Source: Acaryochloris marina S15 (GTDB taxonomy: Bacteria; Cyanobacteriota; Cyanobacteriia; Thermosynechococcales; Thermosynechococcaceae). Taken from it: a stretch of 32,000 nt of DNA. The first letter of the stretch is position 1; every line of letters starts with the position of its first letter. A program made the position numbers and the translations under genes. Below, piece by piece: positions 23,442-32,000 of this stretch. The notes under the pieces are model-generated. The model did not search any database and had not been told where the DNA came from. It saw only the letters and a program-made list of their open reading frames with translations. The stretch is taken from contig NZ_CP064923.1 in assembly GCF_018336915.1 (NCBI RefSeq), positions 3,990,001-4,022,000 on the forward strand, given 5' to 3'.

Positions 23442-24827
23442 GGCTCTCTGGGAATTAGCGTGGTAGCCGCTAGATATAGTGTTTAGGTCAAGGCAAAAGT
23501 CTGATACCCATTGAGGTCAAGCGAAATCCTTTGGAAGAGCCTTTCAATATCGAAAATACCGTAGCATCGTCTTTTTAGGACCTTAACTCGGTTGTTAAAT
23601 CCTTCGACAAAGCCACTGGTCCATCCCTCCAGAAAATAGTTGGTCATCTCATCCATCCAATTGTTGACAGTGGTCAGGAAACTCTCAAAATCCTTGATGT
23701 CACTTTTGAGGACTCGTTTACACCAAGCCCGGATGGCACATTTAGCTCCGTTTTTGGTGTACCTACCCTCAAATATCTGTGTCAATTCCTCTCGGAGTTT
23801 GTAGGCCTGCTTCATCTCAGGAGAATAAGCAAACACTCGCTCAAGCAACTGTTGTTCTGACTCCTGGAGATTCTCAGGCCGTTTTCGAAAGGCCCACATC
23901 GCACCTTTGATACTGTCATAATCTTGCTTAGAGAGTTCTTGGCGTAGACGTTTGACCTCCCGTTTACGAACTGTATCGGCGCAATTACGATAGGCTTTGG
24001 CCACATGAAAGCGGTCAATGACAACTTTTGTTTGAGGGAGTTGTTCACGGACTGCACTGACAAATCCTTGATACATATCAGTACAAACCCGCTCAATGGT
24101 TTGGCGTAAATGAAGGGGAATCGATTGAAGGAAATTTGCAACGGTCTGTTGTTTACGGTCAGCCAGAACTGCCAATATGTCGACTCCGCCTGTGGTAGGA
24201 ATCGTGATCAAAACTACAAAATCACGGTGGCCTCTTTTCAGAGAAATCTCGTCAATCCCGATGACTTTGAGGTCTAAATATTCGCTCCAGTCAACTGGAC
24301 AGGCAATCCAGCGATCAATAATGCCACTGACGACACCTTCACTAACGCCTAGTTTTCTAGCAACATCTGAGACCGTTGAGTTGATCAGGATACGCAGAAG
24401 CCAATGCTCATAAGCTTTTGTATTGGGACTACGAGGTTCATGCCATTCTAAGCGTTGAGTTGTTGTGGGATGGTCATCGCAATACCCGCATCGATAGCGC
24501 TTGGGCCGAATTTCTAAATACACTGGTACTTCGAACAATGGCAAGTGACGAATTCGAAGAGCCTGATCATGGCAATGAAGGTCAGTAATCTCATGTCCAC
24601 ATTTGTGGCAGGTTGTTCCTTGCAGAGTACTCTCAATTTTGATCAGCCAATCCCCTCGTTCCGTCTTCGATAGCTCTAGAACTTGAACATCGGGAAGGTT
24701 GAGGGGAATGCGAATTGAGTTATCCATGACACTCTCGTTCTGAAGTACCTCCTCAGATCATTCCATAGGGATGACTAAGGAATAAACACTATATGTAGGG
24801 TGTCACCACGCTAATTACCGGAGAGCC
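23442..24827 (-). mobile_element. ISL3-family insertion sequence, 1386 bp, apparently intact
   Basis: Terminal inverted repeats GGCTCTCTGGGAATTAGCGTGGT (23442-) and GGCTCTCCGGTAATTAGCGTGGT (reverse complement of -24827) match at 21/23. 8-bp direct target-site duplication AAATTATC at 23434-23441 and 24828-24835. One uninterrupted transposase ORF. Confidence 0.9.
23483..24727 (-). CDS. ISL3-family transposase
   Basis: 414 aa. N-terminal zinc-finger region (CHKCGHEITDLHCHD...YRCGYCD), HTH (STVSDVARKLGVSEGVV) and a DDE core (IGIDEISLKRGHRDFVVLI...VCTDMYQGF) typical of ISL3 transposases. Confidence 0.9.
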   Translation of the reverse strand: MDNSIRIPLNLPDVQVLELSKTERGDWLIKIESTLQGTTCHKCGHEITDLHCHDQALRIRHLPLFEVPVYLEIRPKRYRCGYCDDHPTTTQRLEWHEPRSPNTKAYEHWLLRILINSTVSDVARKLGVSEGVVSGIIDRWIACPVDWSEYLDLKVIGIDEISLKRGHRDFVVLITIPTTGGVDILAVLADRKQQTVANFLQSIPLHLRQTIERVCTDMYQGFVSAVREQLPQTKVVIDRFHVAKAYRNCADTVRKREVKRLRQELSKQDYDSIKGAMWAFRKRPENLQESEQQLLERVFAYSPEMKQAYKLREELTQIFEGRYTKNGAKCAIRAWCKRVLKSDIKDFESFLTTVNNWMDEMTNYFLEGWTSGFVEGFNNRVKVLKRRCYGIFDIERLFQRISLDLNGYQTFALT

Positions 24828-25120
24828 AAATTATCTTCAGCTAACTCCTGATCCAGTTCCTTGATCAAGGCGTCTAGGCCCTCTCTATAGAGTTTCTGAG
24901 CCTCTGGTGTCCCAAACTGCTCCAGCTTCTGCCAGGCGTCAAAATCGAGGTTAATAGAGGCCGTCATCCATGCTTCATCGGGTACTATTTTTGCGATCGC
25001 TAACGTACTGGTCCCCTGCTGCGCTGGAATCACCTTGAGATACAGGTAGGCTGCCACACCACCAACAGCAAGGGTACCTGCAATCACACCTGGAATAATG
25101 TACTTCCAATGTTTAGCCAT
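24815..25120 (-). pseudogene. DUF3352-like protein, N-terminal ~97 codons, truncated by the IS
   Basis: MAKHWKYIIPGVIAGTLAVGGVAAYLYL (N-terminal TM anchor)...LAEDN. The frame then runs into the IS inverted repeat (LALR*) and stops at 24815. Confidence 0.75.
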
Positions 25121-25199
25121 GATTGCCCCACCAGATTCACAACGTACAGATTCTAGCTTGCTTTATGGCAATGAACCGTTTTGCCAATGGATAAAGGCA

Positions 25200-26708
25200 T
25201 CACAAAGCTTTGCGGTTCAACTTACCCAAAGACGTGTAGGGAAGCGCTTGACGAAACTCAATCACAGCAGGCATTTGGTAGCGAGCCACACGCGGCTTTA
25301 GCCATGCCAATACCGTTGCTTGATCTAATCCCTCATCAGGCTTGGGGATAACAATCGCTTTTAATCGCTGTCCAAATTCTGGATCAGGAATCCCCAAGAC
25401 CACCGCCGCCTCAATCCCTGGATGTTGGAGCAGCACATTTTCCAGTTCCAGGGGATAGACATTCTCACCCCCAGACACAATCATGTCATCCACCCGACCA
25501 CATAAAAAAATAGTCCCTTCCCCAGCTCGATAGGCCAAATCTCCCGTTTCGATCCACCCCTTGGCCCCCGCAGACCAGGCACTGCGGATACAAAGCTGCC
25601 CTTTTAGCGACGGTCCATCCCGCTGAATCTGGACTTGAACCCCGGTAATTGGCAAGCCAATGGACTCTGGTTGCCGCTGCAGTAACTCAGGATCCGCCAA
25701 GATACAAAAACCAGCTTCAGAAGTACCGTACAGGTTAAACAAAACTGGACCGAGCTGCTCTAAGGTAGCTTGGGCCAACGCTGGTCGCAGGGCAGCCCCT
25801 CCCGTCAAAATTCGCTGGAGGGAAGACAACGCCTGGGCATTATGGTTGAGCATCCGCTGCAGCATCAACGGCACCAGGGTAATCACCTCAATCTTCTCCT
25901 GTGCAATCAGGTCACAGGCCCGACCCGCATCAAATCGTCGCGTGAAATACTGTTGTGCCCCCAGGGTCACCCCAATTAGAAGGGCGGCCAGCCCAAAGCC
26001 ATGATAAATAGGCGTCGCAATATACACCGTTCGATATCGATCCAAATGGACCTGAGCCAGCAGGGCAATAAATGGAGGAAGGAAATCAAATAGGGAGGGT
26101 TTACGGCTGGCCGGTTTAGGTTGGCCTGTCGTGCCCCCCGTCATCACCACCACCTTCCCTGTTTTCACCTTCCGCAGCGGGGTCGTCGTTGCCTGAGGCG
26201 TCACCGCCATCTGATCTATAGAATGGCCGGAGGGATGATAGGTGGGAATGGCTTTATGGCCTAGAGAGAGATCCTCTATCAGTGGGGAAATTTCTGGATC
26301 ATGAATGTAATAGTCAAACTGCAGCTGATGTTCCATGGCCCGTATCTGATCCGCACTCATCTCGGGATTGACCAGAAAAACATCCGCCCCTAACCGAGAG
26401 ACAGCAAAGATAGCTTTGATAGCAGCTGCATGGTTTCGAGATGCGATCGCAACCCTCTGCCGAGGCTGAATCCCACATTCCCTCTGCAATCCAACCGCAA
26501 CGGCTTCTGCCTGCTGCCATAGCTTTGCATAGGTTAATTCTTCCTGGTCATCAATCACGGCAATCCGATCAGGATGAAGCTTAGCCGCAATCCGCAACAA
26601 AGCCATTAAGTTAACCCCTGTGGTCAAAATCGCTTCGAGTAAACGATACAAACCGACAAAGGTTAGCAAACGAGTCCGATATAGTTTTCTCAGCAGAGTA
26701 AAAATCAT
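25200..26708 (-). CDS. AMP-dependent synthetase/ligase (acyl-CoA synthetase-like)
   Basis: 502 aa. AMP-binding motif VMTGGTTGQPKP, plus YGTSEAG and TGDLAYR..GTIFLCGRVDDMIVSGGENVYP core motifs. Confidence 0.88.
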   Translation of the reverse strand: MIFTLLRKLYRTRLLTFVGLYRLLEAILTTGVNLMALLRIAAKLHPDRIAVIDDQEELTYAKLWQQAEAVAVGLQRECGIQPRQRVAIASRNHAAAIKAIFAVSRLGADVFLVNPEMSADQIRAMEHQLQFDYYIHDPEISPLIEDLSLGHKAIPTYHPSGHSIDQMAVTPQATTTPLRKVKTGKVVVMTGGTTGQPKPASRKPSLFDFLPPFIALLAQVHLDRYRTVYIATPIYHGFGLAALLIGVTLGAQQYFTRRFDAGRACDLIAQEKIEVITLVPLMLQRMLNHNAQALSSLQRILTGGAALRPALAQATLEQLGPVLFNLYGTSEAGFCILADPELLQRQPESIGLPITGVQVQIQRDGPSLKGQLCIRSAWSAGAKGWIETGDLAYRAGEGTIFLCGRVDDMIVSGGENVYPLELENVLLQHPGIEAAVVLGIPDPEFGQRLKAIVIPKPDEGLDQATVLAWLKPRVARYQMPAVIEFRQALPYTSLGKLNRKAL

Positions 26709-26712
26709 GGCT

Positions 26713-27528
26713 TTATCGTCTCCGCCTCATCACCCCACTCCAAATCACTTCTCCCAGCCATCGCAGCAGGACAGACGCCAGTTGCCCCATCATCAACCAC
26801 CAAGGGGCAATGGTGCGAGGACGAGAAATCATTGCTTTACAAATGAGCTTTGCCACCTGATCAGGACTCAACGCAGGCATATTTTGATAAGCTTTCGTCG
26901 GCGCAATCATCCGAGTTCGCACCAAAGGTAAATAGATAGACGTGGTCTTCACCCCTTGGGCATTCAGCTCAGGGGCAGCACAGCGAAACCATTGGTCAAA
27001 GGCCGTTTTTGAGGCTTGGTAAGCCGCCCATTGAGGAGTAGGCAGGAGCAGCACATTGATTGCCGAGATATTAATCATATGACCCCGCTGAGCCACCAGG
27101 GTCGGCGTCAAGGCCAGCATTAACTGGACGGGACCAAAGTAGTTCAAGTTCATGGTCCGGGTAAAGTCATGGAACCGATCTAGGGAGTCAAACAGGGATC
27201 GCCGAATCGATTTTCCAGCATTGTTCACCAGAATATCAATGCCCTTGGGAAGCTGCTCCAGCAACGCTTCAACTTCGGTAGGCTGTCTCAGGTCACAGGA
27301 AAAAATATCGGCCTGTCCACCACGAGCCTCCACCTGGGCCTGAACAGCCAATAGTTTCTCTTCAGTACGCGCCACCAGAATTAACTGAGTCCTGGGCAAA
27401 GCTAAGCGTAAGGCCAAACATTCCCCGATTCCATAACTCGCTCCGGTAATCAGGACCGTTTTTCCTGCCAGCAACCCTTCGAGTCTACGCAGATCACCCC
27501 TGAGAAAAGGAAAGAATAATAGATCCAT
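26713..27528 (-). CDS. SDR-family NAD(P)-dependent oxidoreductase
   Basis: 271 aa. Cofactor motif TGASYGIG, NNAG, and catalytic YxxxK (YQASK). A 4-nt gap to the downstream ligase gene implies an operon. Confidence 0.88.
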   Translation of the reverse strand: MDLLFFPFLRGDLRRLEGLLAGKTVLITGASYGIGECLALRLALPRTQLILVARTEEKLLAVQAQVEARGGQADIFSCDLRQPTEVEALLEQLPKGIDILVNNAGKSIRRSLFDSLDRFHDFTRTMNLNYFGPVQLMLALTPTLVAQRGHMINISAINVLLLPTPQWAAYQASKTAFDQWFRCAAPELNAQGVKTTSIYLPLVRTRMIAPTKAYQNMPALSPDQVAKLICKAMISRPRTIAPWWLMMGQLASVLLRWLGEVIWSGVMRRRR

Positions 27529-27921
27529 GACATTGCCTTAGCCCAAACACCCATAGTCTGCGGGGAACCAGATGGCAGTAACTGGGGTAGATTGAGGGTC
27601 CACTCCTGTTTCGGCCCACATAATCTTCATAGCCTTCTCAAGTCACCAGCGATACAGGGGCATACTACCTTAAGTCATTCACCCAGGGACCATCGATTAT
27701 CAGGAAAATAAATAGCCCCTACTCTAGATCGGGCGAAAGATGGATTGGCCACAATCTAACTCTGCAATGGTGCTGACAGAACCTGTCTTCTGGGAACTGA
27801 TCGGCTTCTAACCTATCCATTTCAGCCTCTGGCTATCACTTTTTCTGGAATCATTGAATTGCACGAACAGAAAAACAGCCGTCCATAGCCTTCCAATACA
27901 GCTATAAAATAATCTCAAGTG

Positions 27922-29304
27922 ATGAACCCACCTCCAGGAACACCCATGTCGCTAGCCCTAGACTCCAAACCCGATACCGATAAACTGACGACTTATTTTC
28001 GCTGTATTGCCGGCTGCCCTGGCAAGCACTCCATTTTCGACGTCATCTATACCTGTCCCATCTGTGGCAGCTTGCTAGAGGTGCATCATGAGCGGGAACC
28101 TCTGAAAAAGCGAAATGCCCTCCAATGGCAGCAACTACTCAGCTCGCGAGCCAGCACCTCCATCTGGCCTTACGGGAGTGGTGTCTGGGGCATGCGGGAG
28201 TGGGTGGTTCCTTCATTAGCTGACGAAAACGTTGTCAGCATGTTCGAGGGCAACACCAACTTATTTTGGGCTGAACGCTTAGGGAAACAGCTGGGCCTCC
28301 CCGACTTGTGGATTAAACTCTGCGGCAACAGCCATACGGGCAGCTTCAAAGACCTAGGCATGACCGTATTGGTCAGCGTTGTCAAACAAATGATGGCCCA
28401 AGGCAGTTCGGTCAAAGCCGTGGCCTGCGCCAGTACTGGCGACACCAGCGCTGCCCTAGCTGCCTATGCTGCCTATGCAGGCATTCCTGCCGTGATTTTC
28501 TTGCCTGCGGGTAAAGTCAGTACGGCTCAACTGATCCAACCCGTCTGTAATGGCGCTCATGTCTTGGCCCTCGACACAGACTTTGACGGTTGCATGAAAA
28601 TCGTTAAAGAGGTCACCCAAGACAACTCCATTTATCTCGCCAATTCGATGAATAGCCTGCGCATCGAAGGACAAAAAACCGTTGGCATCGAAATTATTCG
28701 CCAGTTTAATTGGCAAGTCCCCGACTGGATCGTGATTCCAGTCGGCAACCTGGGCAACATCAGCGCTCTCTATAAGGGCTTCAAGTTAATGATGGACCTA
28801 GGCATGATCACCCGCATGCCCAGACTCGTCGCCGCCCAAACCCAGAAAGCTAATCCTTTTTATGAGTCCTTTAAAAATGGATTCAAAGAGAAGATTAGCG
28901 TGACAGCCCAAGACACCTTAGCCAACGCCATCAGGATTGGTGACCCAGTCAGCTATGAAAAAGCCGTCACTGCGATCAAGGAAACCAACGGTATTGTCGA
29001 ACAGGCCACGGAAGATGAATTGGCCGCCGCTTCTGCTACGGCTGATTTAACAGGGATGTTCACCTGTCCCCATACGGGTGTTGCCCTAGCTGTACTCACT
29101 AAGCTGATCAAACGGGGTGATATCAAATCCAGTGATAAAACCGTGGTGATTAGCACGGCCCATGGTTTGAAGTTTACCGACTTCAAAGTCGGCTACCATG
29201 AATCGACCCTGGCAGATGTCAACAGCCAACATGCAAACCCTGCCGTTCACCTGCCTGCTAGTGCGGATGCAGTCAAAGCTGAAATTGAAAAACGGCTAGG
29301 TTAA
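27922..29304 (+). CDS. thrC: Threonine synthase
   Basis: N-terminal Cys-rich ribbon ([10 protein letters not shown]...[10 protein letters not shown]), PLP-lysine motif [11 protein letters not shown], and a tryptophan-synthase-beta-like fold pattern. The start is ambiguous (GTG 27919, ATG 27922, ATG 27946). Confidence 0.88.
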   Translation: MNPPPGTPMSLALDSKPDTDKLTTYFRCIAGCPGKHSIFDVIYTCPICGSLLEVHHEREPLKKRNALQWQQLLSSRASTSIWPYGSGVWGMREWVVPSLADENVVSMFEGNTNLFWAERLGKQLGLPDLWIKLCGNSHTGSFKDLGMTVLVSVVKQMMAQGSSVKAVACASTGDTSAALAAYAAYAGIPAVIFLPAGKVSTAQLIQPVCNGAHVLALDTDFDGCMKIVKEVTQDNSIYLANSMNSLRIEGQKTVGIEIIRQFNWQVPDWIVIPVGNLGNISALYKGFKLMMDLGMITRMPRLVAAQTQKANPFYESFKNGFKEKISVTAQDTLANAIRIGDPVSYEKAVTAIKETNGIVEQATEDELAAASATADLTGMFTCPHTGVALAVLTKLIKRGDIKSSDKTVVISTAHGLKFTDFKVGYHESTLADVNSQHANPAVHLPASADAVKAEIEKRLG

Positions 29305-29313
29305 AAAAGCACA

Positions 29314-29338
29314 AACCCTGCCCTTTATGGGCAGGGTT
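29314..29338. terminator. Bidirectional intrinsic terminator between convergent thrC and the L,D-transpeptidase gene
   Basis: Stem AACCCTGCCC (29314-29323) / GGGCAGGGTT (29329-29338) with loop TTTAT. An A-tract lies upstream on the + strand, which becomes a T-tract after the hairpin on the - strand. Confidence 0.7.
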
Positions 29339-29364
29339 AACGTTCAGAAAATTGATTAGCTCCG

Positions 29365-29907
29365 TTAGCGAATTACCTTTACGGGCGTTCCTACGGCGAC
29401 GAGTTCAAACATCTCTTCGATGTCTTCGTCATACATGCGGACACAACCGTGAGAGGCAGATCTGCCAACAGAATCGCGATTGGGCGTTCCATGAAAACCA
29501 ATCCAGTTATTGCCGTCGGTCCAAAATCCCATCCAACGACGACCGAGGGGGTTTTCAGGATCTCCTCCTGGAATCACATATCCTTTGAAGGGGTGGAGCC
29601 ACGGTGGATTCCGATATTTCGTTTTAACTTCAAACTCACCCGCCGGGGTTGCCCAACCCGCTCGTCCGATGGCAACGGGATACGACTTCACGGCTTGGTC
29701 ATGCTGATATACCGTCACCCGCCGCTTGGACAAATTCAGCTCTAACCGCATGGGGTCAACGGCGGGGGGCAAATGATCCGTCACATTGTCGAGGCCCGGT
29801 AACGGCGGTGCGATCGCAATTTCTTCTGCAGCTCGTACCGGTTGGCCAAGGGTTAGAGCACCTGCCACCAAGCTCAGGGCAATCAGTTTTATCGAAGGAT
29901 GGCGCAT
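29365..29907 (-). CDS. L,D-transpeptidase (YkuD domain), secreted
   Basis: 180 aa. Signal peptide (LIALSLVAGALTLGQPVRA). YkuD signature HGT....VGRSASHGCVRM with the catalytic Cys. Confidence 0.88.
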   Translation of the reverse strand: MRHPSIKLIALSLVAGALTLGQPVRAAEEIAIAPPLPGLDNVTDHLPPAVDPMRLELNLSKRRVTVYQHDQAVKSYPVAIGRAGWATPAGEFEVKTKYRNPPWLHPFKGYVIPGGDPENPLGRRWMGFWTDGNNWIGFHGTPNRDSVGRSASHGCVRMYDEDIEEMFELVAVGTPVKVIR

Positions 29908-30032
29908 GATTCAGATCAGTTATCTTTAGCAAGCCAGGTTTTAGAATGGCTATTCTATTCTAGCGAATAGAAAAAGACCGATTCTGTTCCCCACCTTTAG
30001 ATTTCCCCATCGAAATGGGGTATCGCGCAGGC

Positions 30033-31124
30033 TTAAATTGCTGCTGCTAGCTCTGCTAACTGAGCCTGCTGATCTTGAGCGATACAGGTCTCTAAAATCA
30101 GCTCAATATCACCCACAAGCACCTTTTCTAGGGCAAAGTTTTGATTGAGACGATGATCCGTAGCGCGATTATCTTTGTAATTATAGGTGCGAATTTTTTC
30201 AGATCTGGCCCCCGTGCCCACCTGGGACCGACGCATAGAGGTCACCGAGGCTTGCTGCTCTTGCAGTTCCAGTTCATAGAGCTTAGCTCGCAGAATTTGC
30301 ATGGCCCGCTCTTTGTTTTGCAGTTGAGATCGCTCTTCCGTACAGAAGATCCGAATTCCTGTCGGTTTGTGGACCAGATCAACCGCCGTCTCCACCTTAT
30401 TCACGTTTTGTCCACCCGCACCACCGGATCGGGCCGTCGACATCTCAATATCTTTCGCGTCGATCTCAATTTCAACGTCATCAACTTCTGGCATGACCGC
30501 CACTGTTGCGGTAGAGGTATGCACCCGCCCAGAGGTTTCAGTAGCTGGCACTCGCTGCACCCGATGCACGCCAGCTTCATATTTGAGCTTGCTATAAACG
30601 CGATCGCCTTGAATTTCCAGAATCGCTTCCTTGAAGCCCCCCATTTCTCCGCCGGATTCACTCAGCAACTTGACCCGCCACTTTTGAGTTTCCGCATACT
30701 TTGAGTAAATACGGAATAAATCCCCAGCCCAAATACTGGCTTCATCGCCGCCAGCACCCGCTCTAATCTCCAACATGATGTTTTTCTCATCATTGGGATC
30801 ACGAGGTAGCAGTAGAACCTTGAGGTGATTTTCCAGAGAGTCCAGTTTTTCACTCAGCTCAGCGGCTTCCATCGCCGCCATCTCTTTCAGCTCTGGATCT
30901 TCAGCACTGTCCTTTGCCATCTGCTGAGTATCCGTCAATTCCTGCTGAGTGGCCTTCCAGTCCTCAAAGGTATTGACCGTTTCTTCCAAAGACGCTCGGG
31001 CTTTGGCTACTTCCTGAAACTCAGCCGGATTCGTGGCCACCTCCGGGTCACCGAGGCGGCGAGTCAACTCATGGAACGTTTGCTCAACTGATTTCAGCTT
31101 TTCAAGCAGATAGGCTTCGGCCAT
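30033..31124 (-). CDS. prfA: Peptide chain release factor 1
   Basis: 363 aa. GGQ motif ([16 protein letters not shown]). RF1-type PxT tripeptide (VPATETSGR) rather than the RF2 SPF. Confidence 0.95.
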   Translation of the reverse strand: MAEAYLLEKLKSVEQTFHELTRRLGDPEVATNPAEFQEVAKARASLEETVNTFEDWKATQQELTDTQQMAKDSAEDPELKEMAAMEAAELSEKLDSLENHLKVLLLPRDPNDEKNIMLEIRAGAGGDEASIWAGDLFRIYSKYAETQKWRVKLLSESGGEMGGFKEAILEIQGDRVYSKLKYEAGVHRVQRVPATETSGRVHTSTATVAVMPEVDDVEIEIDAKDIEMSTARSGGAGGQNVNKVETAVDLVHKPTGIRIFCTEERSQLQNKERAMQILRAKLYELELQEQQASVTSMRRSQVGTGARSEKIRTYNYKDNRATDHRLNQNFALEKVLVGDIELILETCIAQDQQAQLAELAAAI

Positions 31125-31178
31125 GGATCGGTACTAGGCGAAAGGACAAGAAGAAGGGGAAGCTCAGGTTTAGCTGTC

Positions 31179-31436
31179 CTACTTCTCGTCTTTTTTCTTA
31201 GAGCTGCCTTTACCGCCTGCACCCTGGCTTTCATCCATACCGTACTTGCGCATAAAGCGTTCCACCCGACCTTCGGTGTCAATAATCTTCTGGGTACCCG
31301 TAAAGAAAGGGTGATTCCCAGACCAAACATCAACATGAAGCTCTTCTTGGGTTGACCCCACTGTCATCACGATTTTCCCATCGCAATAGACTTTGGCTTC
31401 GGGGTACCACTTGGGATGAATATCAGGTTTTGCCAT
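31179..31436 (-). CDS. rpmE: 50S ribosomal protein L31
   Basis: 85 aa. MAKPDIHPKWYPEAKVYCDGK...HPFFTG is the L31 signature. Confidence 0.93.
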   Translation of the reverse strand: MAKPDIHPKWYPEAKVYCDGKIVMTVGSTQEELHVDVWSGNHPFFTGTQKIIDTEGRVERFMRKYGMDESQGAGGKGSSKKKDEK

Positions 31437-31481
31437 CGGTATATCTCTAATCTAAATGTCTATGTATTGTGATCCAGCCAA

Positions 31482-31895
31482 TTAACGCTTGGAGTATTGA
31501 GGAGCCTTACGAGCCTTGCGTAAGCCATACTTCTTACGTTCTTTCGCTCTTGGATCTCGGGTTAAATAGCCTTCCAGCTTCAAGGGCTTCCGGTTGTCGG
31601 GATCAAGTTCACACAAGGCCCGAGCGACACCCAACTTAATGGCATCGGCTTGTCCCGTCAAACCACCACCATGGGCATTGACCAACACATCGTAATCATT
31701 CTCTAACCCTAGGGATTCTAGAGGTGCTTTCGCACTGGCAATGTAGCTGGGGTTAAATTGCAAGTACAAATCCCCAGGCTTGCCATTAATGGTCATCACG
31801 CCACTGCCAGGAACCAGTCTGACCCGAACAATAGAGGATTTACGACGGCCCGTGCCTCGGTAAGCGACGGCGTTAGATTGATCAGTGGCTTGCAT
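31482..31895 (-). CDS. rpsI: 30S ribosomal protein S9
   Basis: 137 aa. [14 protein letters not shown]...[19 protein letters not shown]...[25 protein letters not shown] is canonical S9. Confidence 0.95.
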   Translation of the reverse strand: MQATDQSNAVAYRGTGRRKSSIVRVRLVPGSGVMTINGKPGDLYLQFNPSYIASAKAPLESLGLENDYDVLVNAHGGGLTGQADAIKLGVARALCELDPDNRKPLKLEGYLTRDPRAKERKKYGLRKARKAPQYSKR

Positions 31896-32000
31896 TATGA
31901 TTTAGCTCCTGGGATGGTCTGAATAGATAGAATTTCGGGGTTTTGGGCGGCATGGGGATGATCAGGACCCGCATACACTTTGAGGCTTCTGAACAACTGA
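31895..32000 (-). CDS. rplM: 50S ribosomal protein L13, C-terminal 34 codons (5' part outside window)
   Basis: My own translation of the reverse strand from 31999 gives [34 protein letters not shown]. KVYAGxxHPHxAQxP is the conserved L13 C-terminus. The stop overlaps the rpsI ATG (TAATG). Confidence 0.8.
   Translation of the reverse strand, partial: QLFRSLKVYAGPDHPHAAQNPEILSIQTIPGAKS

Noticed and set aside
29941-30032. Small hairpins (TTCTATTC-TAGC-GAATAGAA; CCCCAT-CGAA-ATGGGG) downstream of prfA as terminators
   Set aside because: Neither is followed by a U-tract on the prfA (minus) strand, and the stems are short. Support is insufficient to annotate them.
31094-31336. 80-aa ORF overlapping the rpmE-prfA junction, and ORF 25098-25301
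   Set aside because: They are out of frame with or antisense to well-supported genes, with no independent support.

Overview
This window is a cyanobacterial chromosome segment. The evidence is at least 12 copies of the HIP1 octamer GCGATCGC, a divergent sufR / sufBCDS locus with CAAC-N6-GTTG operators, and an rplM-rpsI-rpmE-prfA block. Housekeeping genes fill most of it: a partial NDH-2-like oxidoreductase, DoxX, rhodanese, a HAD hydrolase, sufBCDS and sufR, a VOC/PNPOx/TetR operon, an SDR plus acyl-CoA synthetase pair, thrC, an L,D-transpeptidase, prfA, rpmE, rpsI and the rplM 3' end. Bases ~16.6-25.1 kb form a mosaic accessory patch, and it holds the most interesting content. The top finding is a translationally coupled pair (16912-19781): a ROCO protein (LRR-Roc-COR GTPase, no output domain) followed by a stand-alone TIR-domain protein. 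I read this as a candidate NLR-like sensor/switch/effector immune module, and I know of no characterised system with this composition. The ROCO LRR region is a near-perfect 69-bp tandem array. Downstream lie a vapBC toxin-antitoxin cassette, an AT-rich pentapeptide-repeat gene, three copies or fragments of the 3' end of one gene (DUF3352-like), and an intact ISL3-family IS. Two of those copies share a 166-bp near-identical direct repeat that ends exactly at a HIP1 site. The IS has 8-bp target-site duplications and splits the DUF3352-like gene. Other oddities are a 1.5-kb AT-rich, ORF-poor gap (4842-6363) holding a 66-bp perfect palindrome, and a 291-aa protein with a C-terminal PD-(D/E)XK nuclease motif next to a YpeA-like GNAT. 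I found no rRNA, tRNA or CRISPR array. All calls rest on reading motifs by eye; no database search was run.
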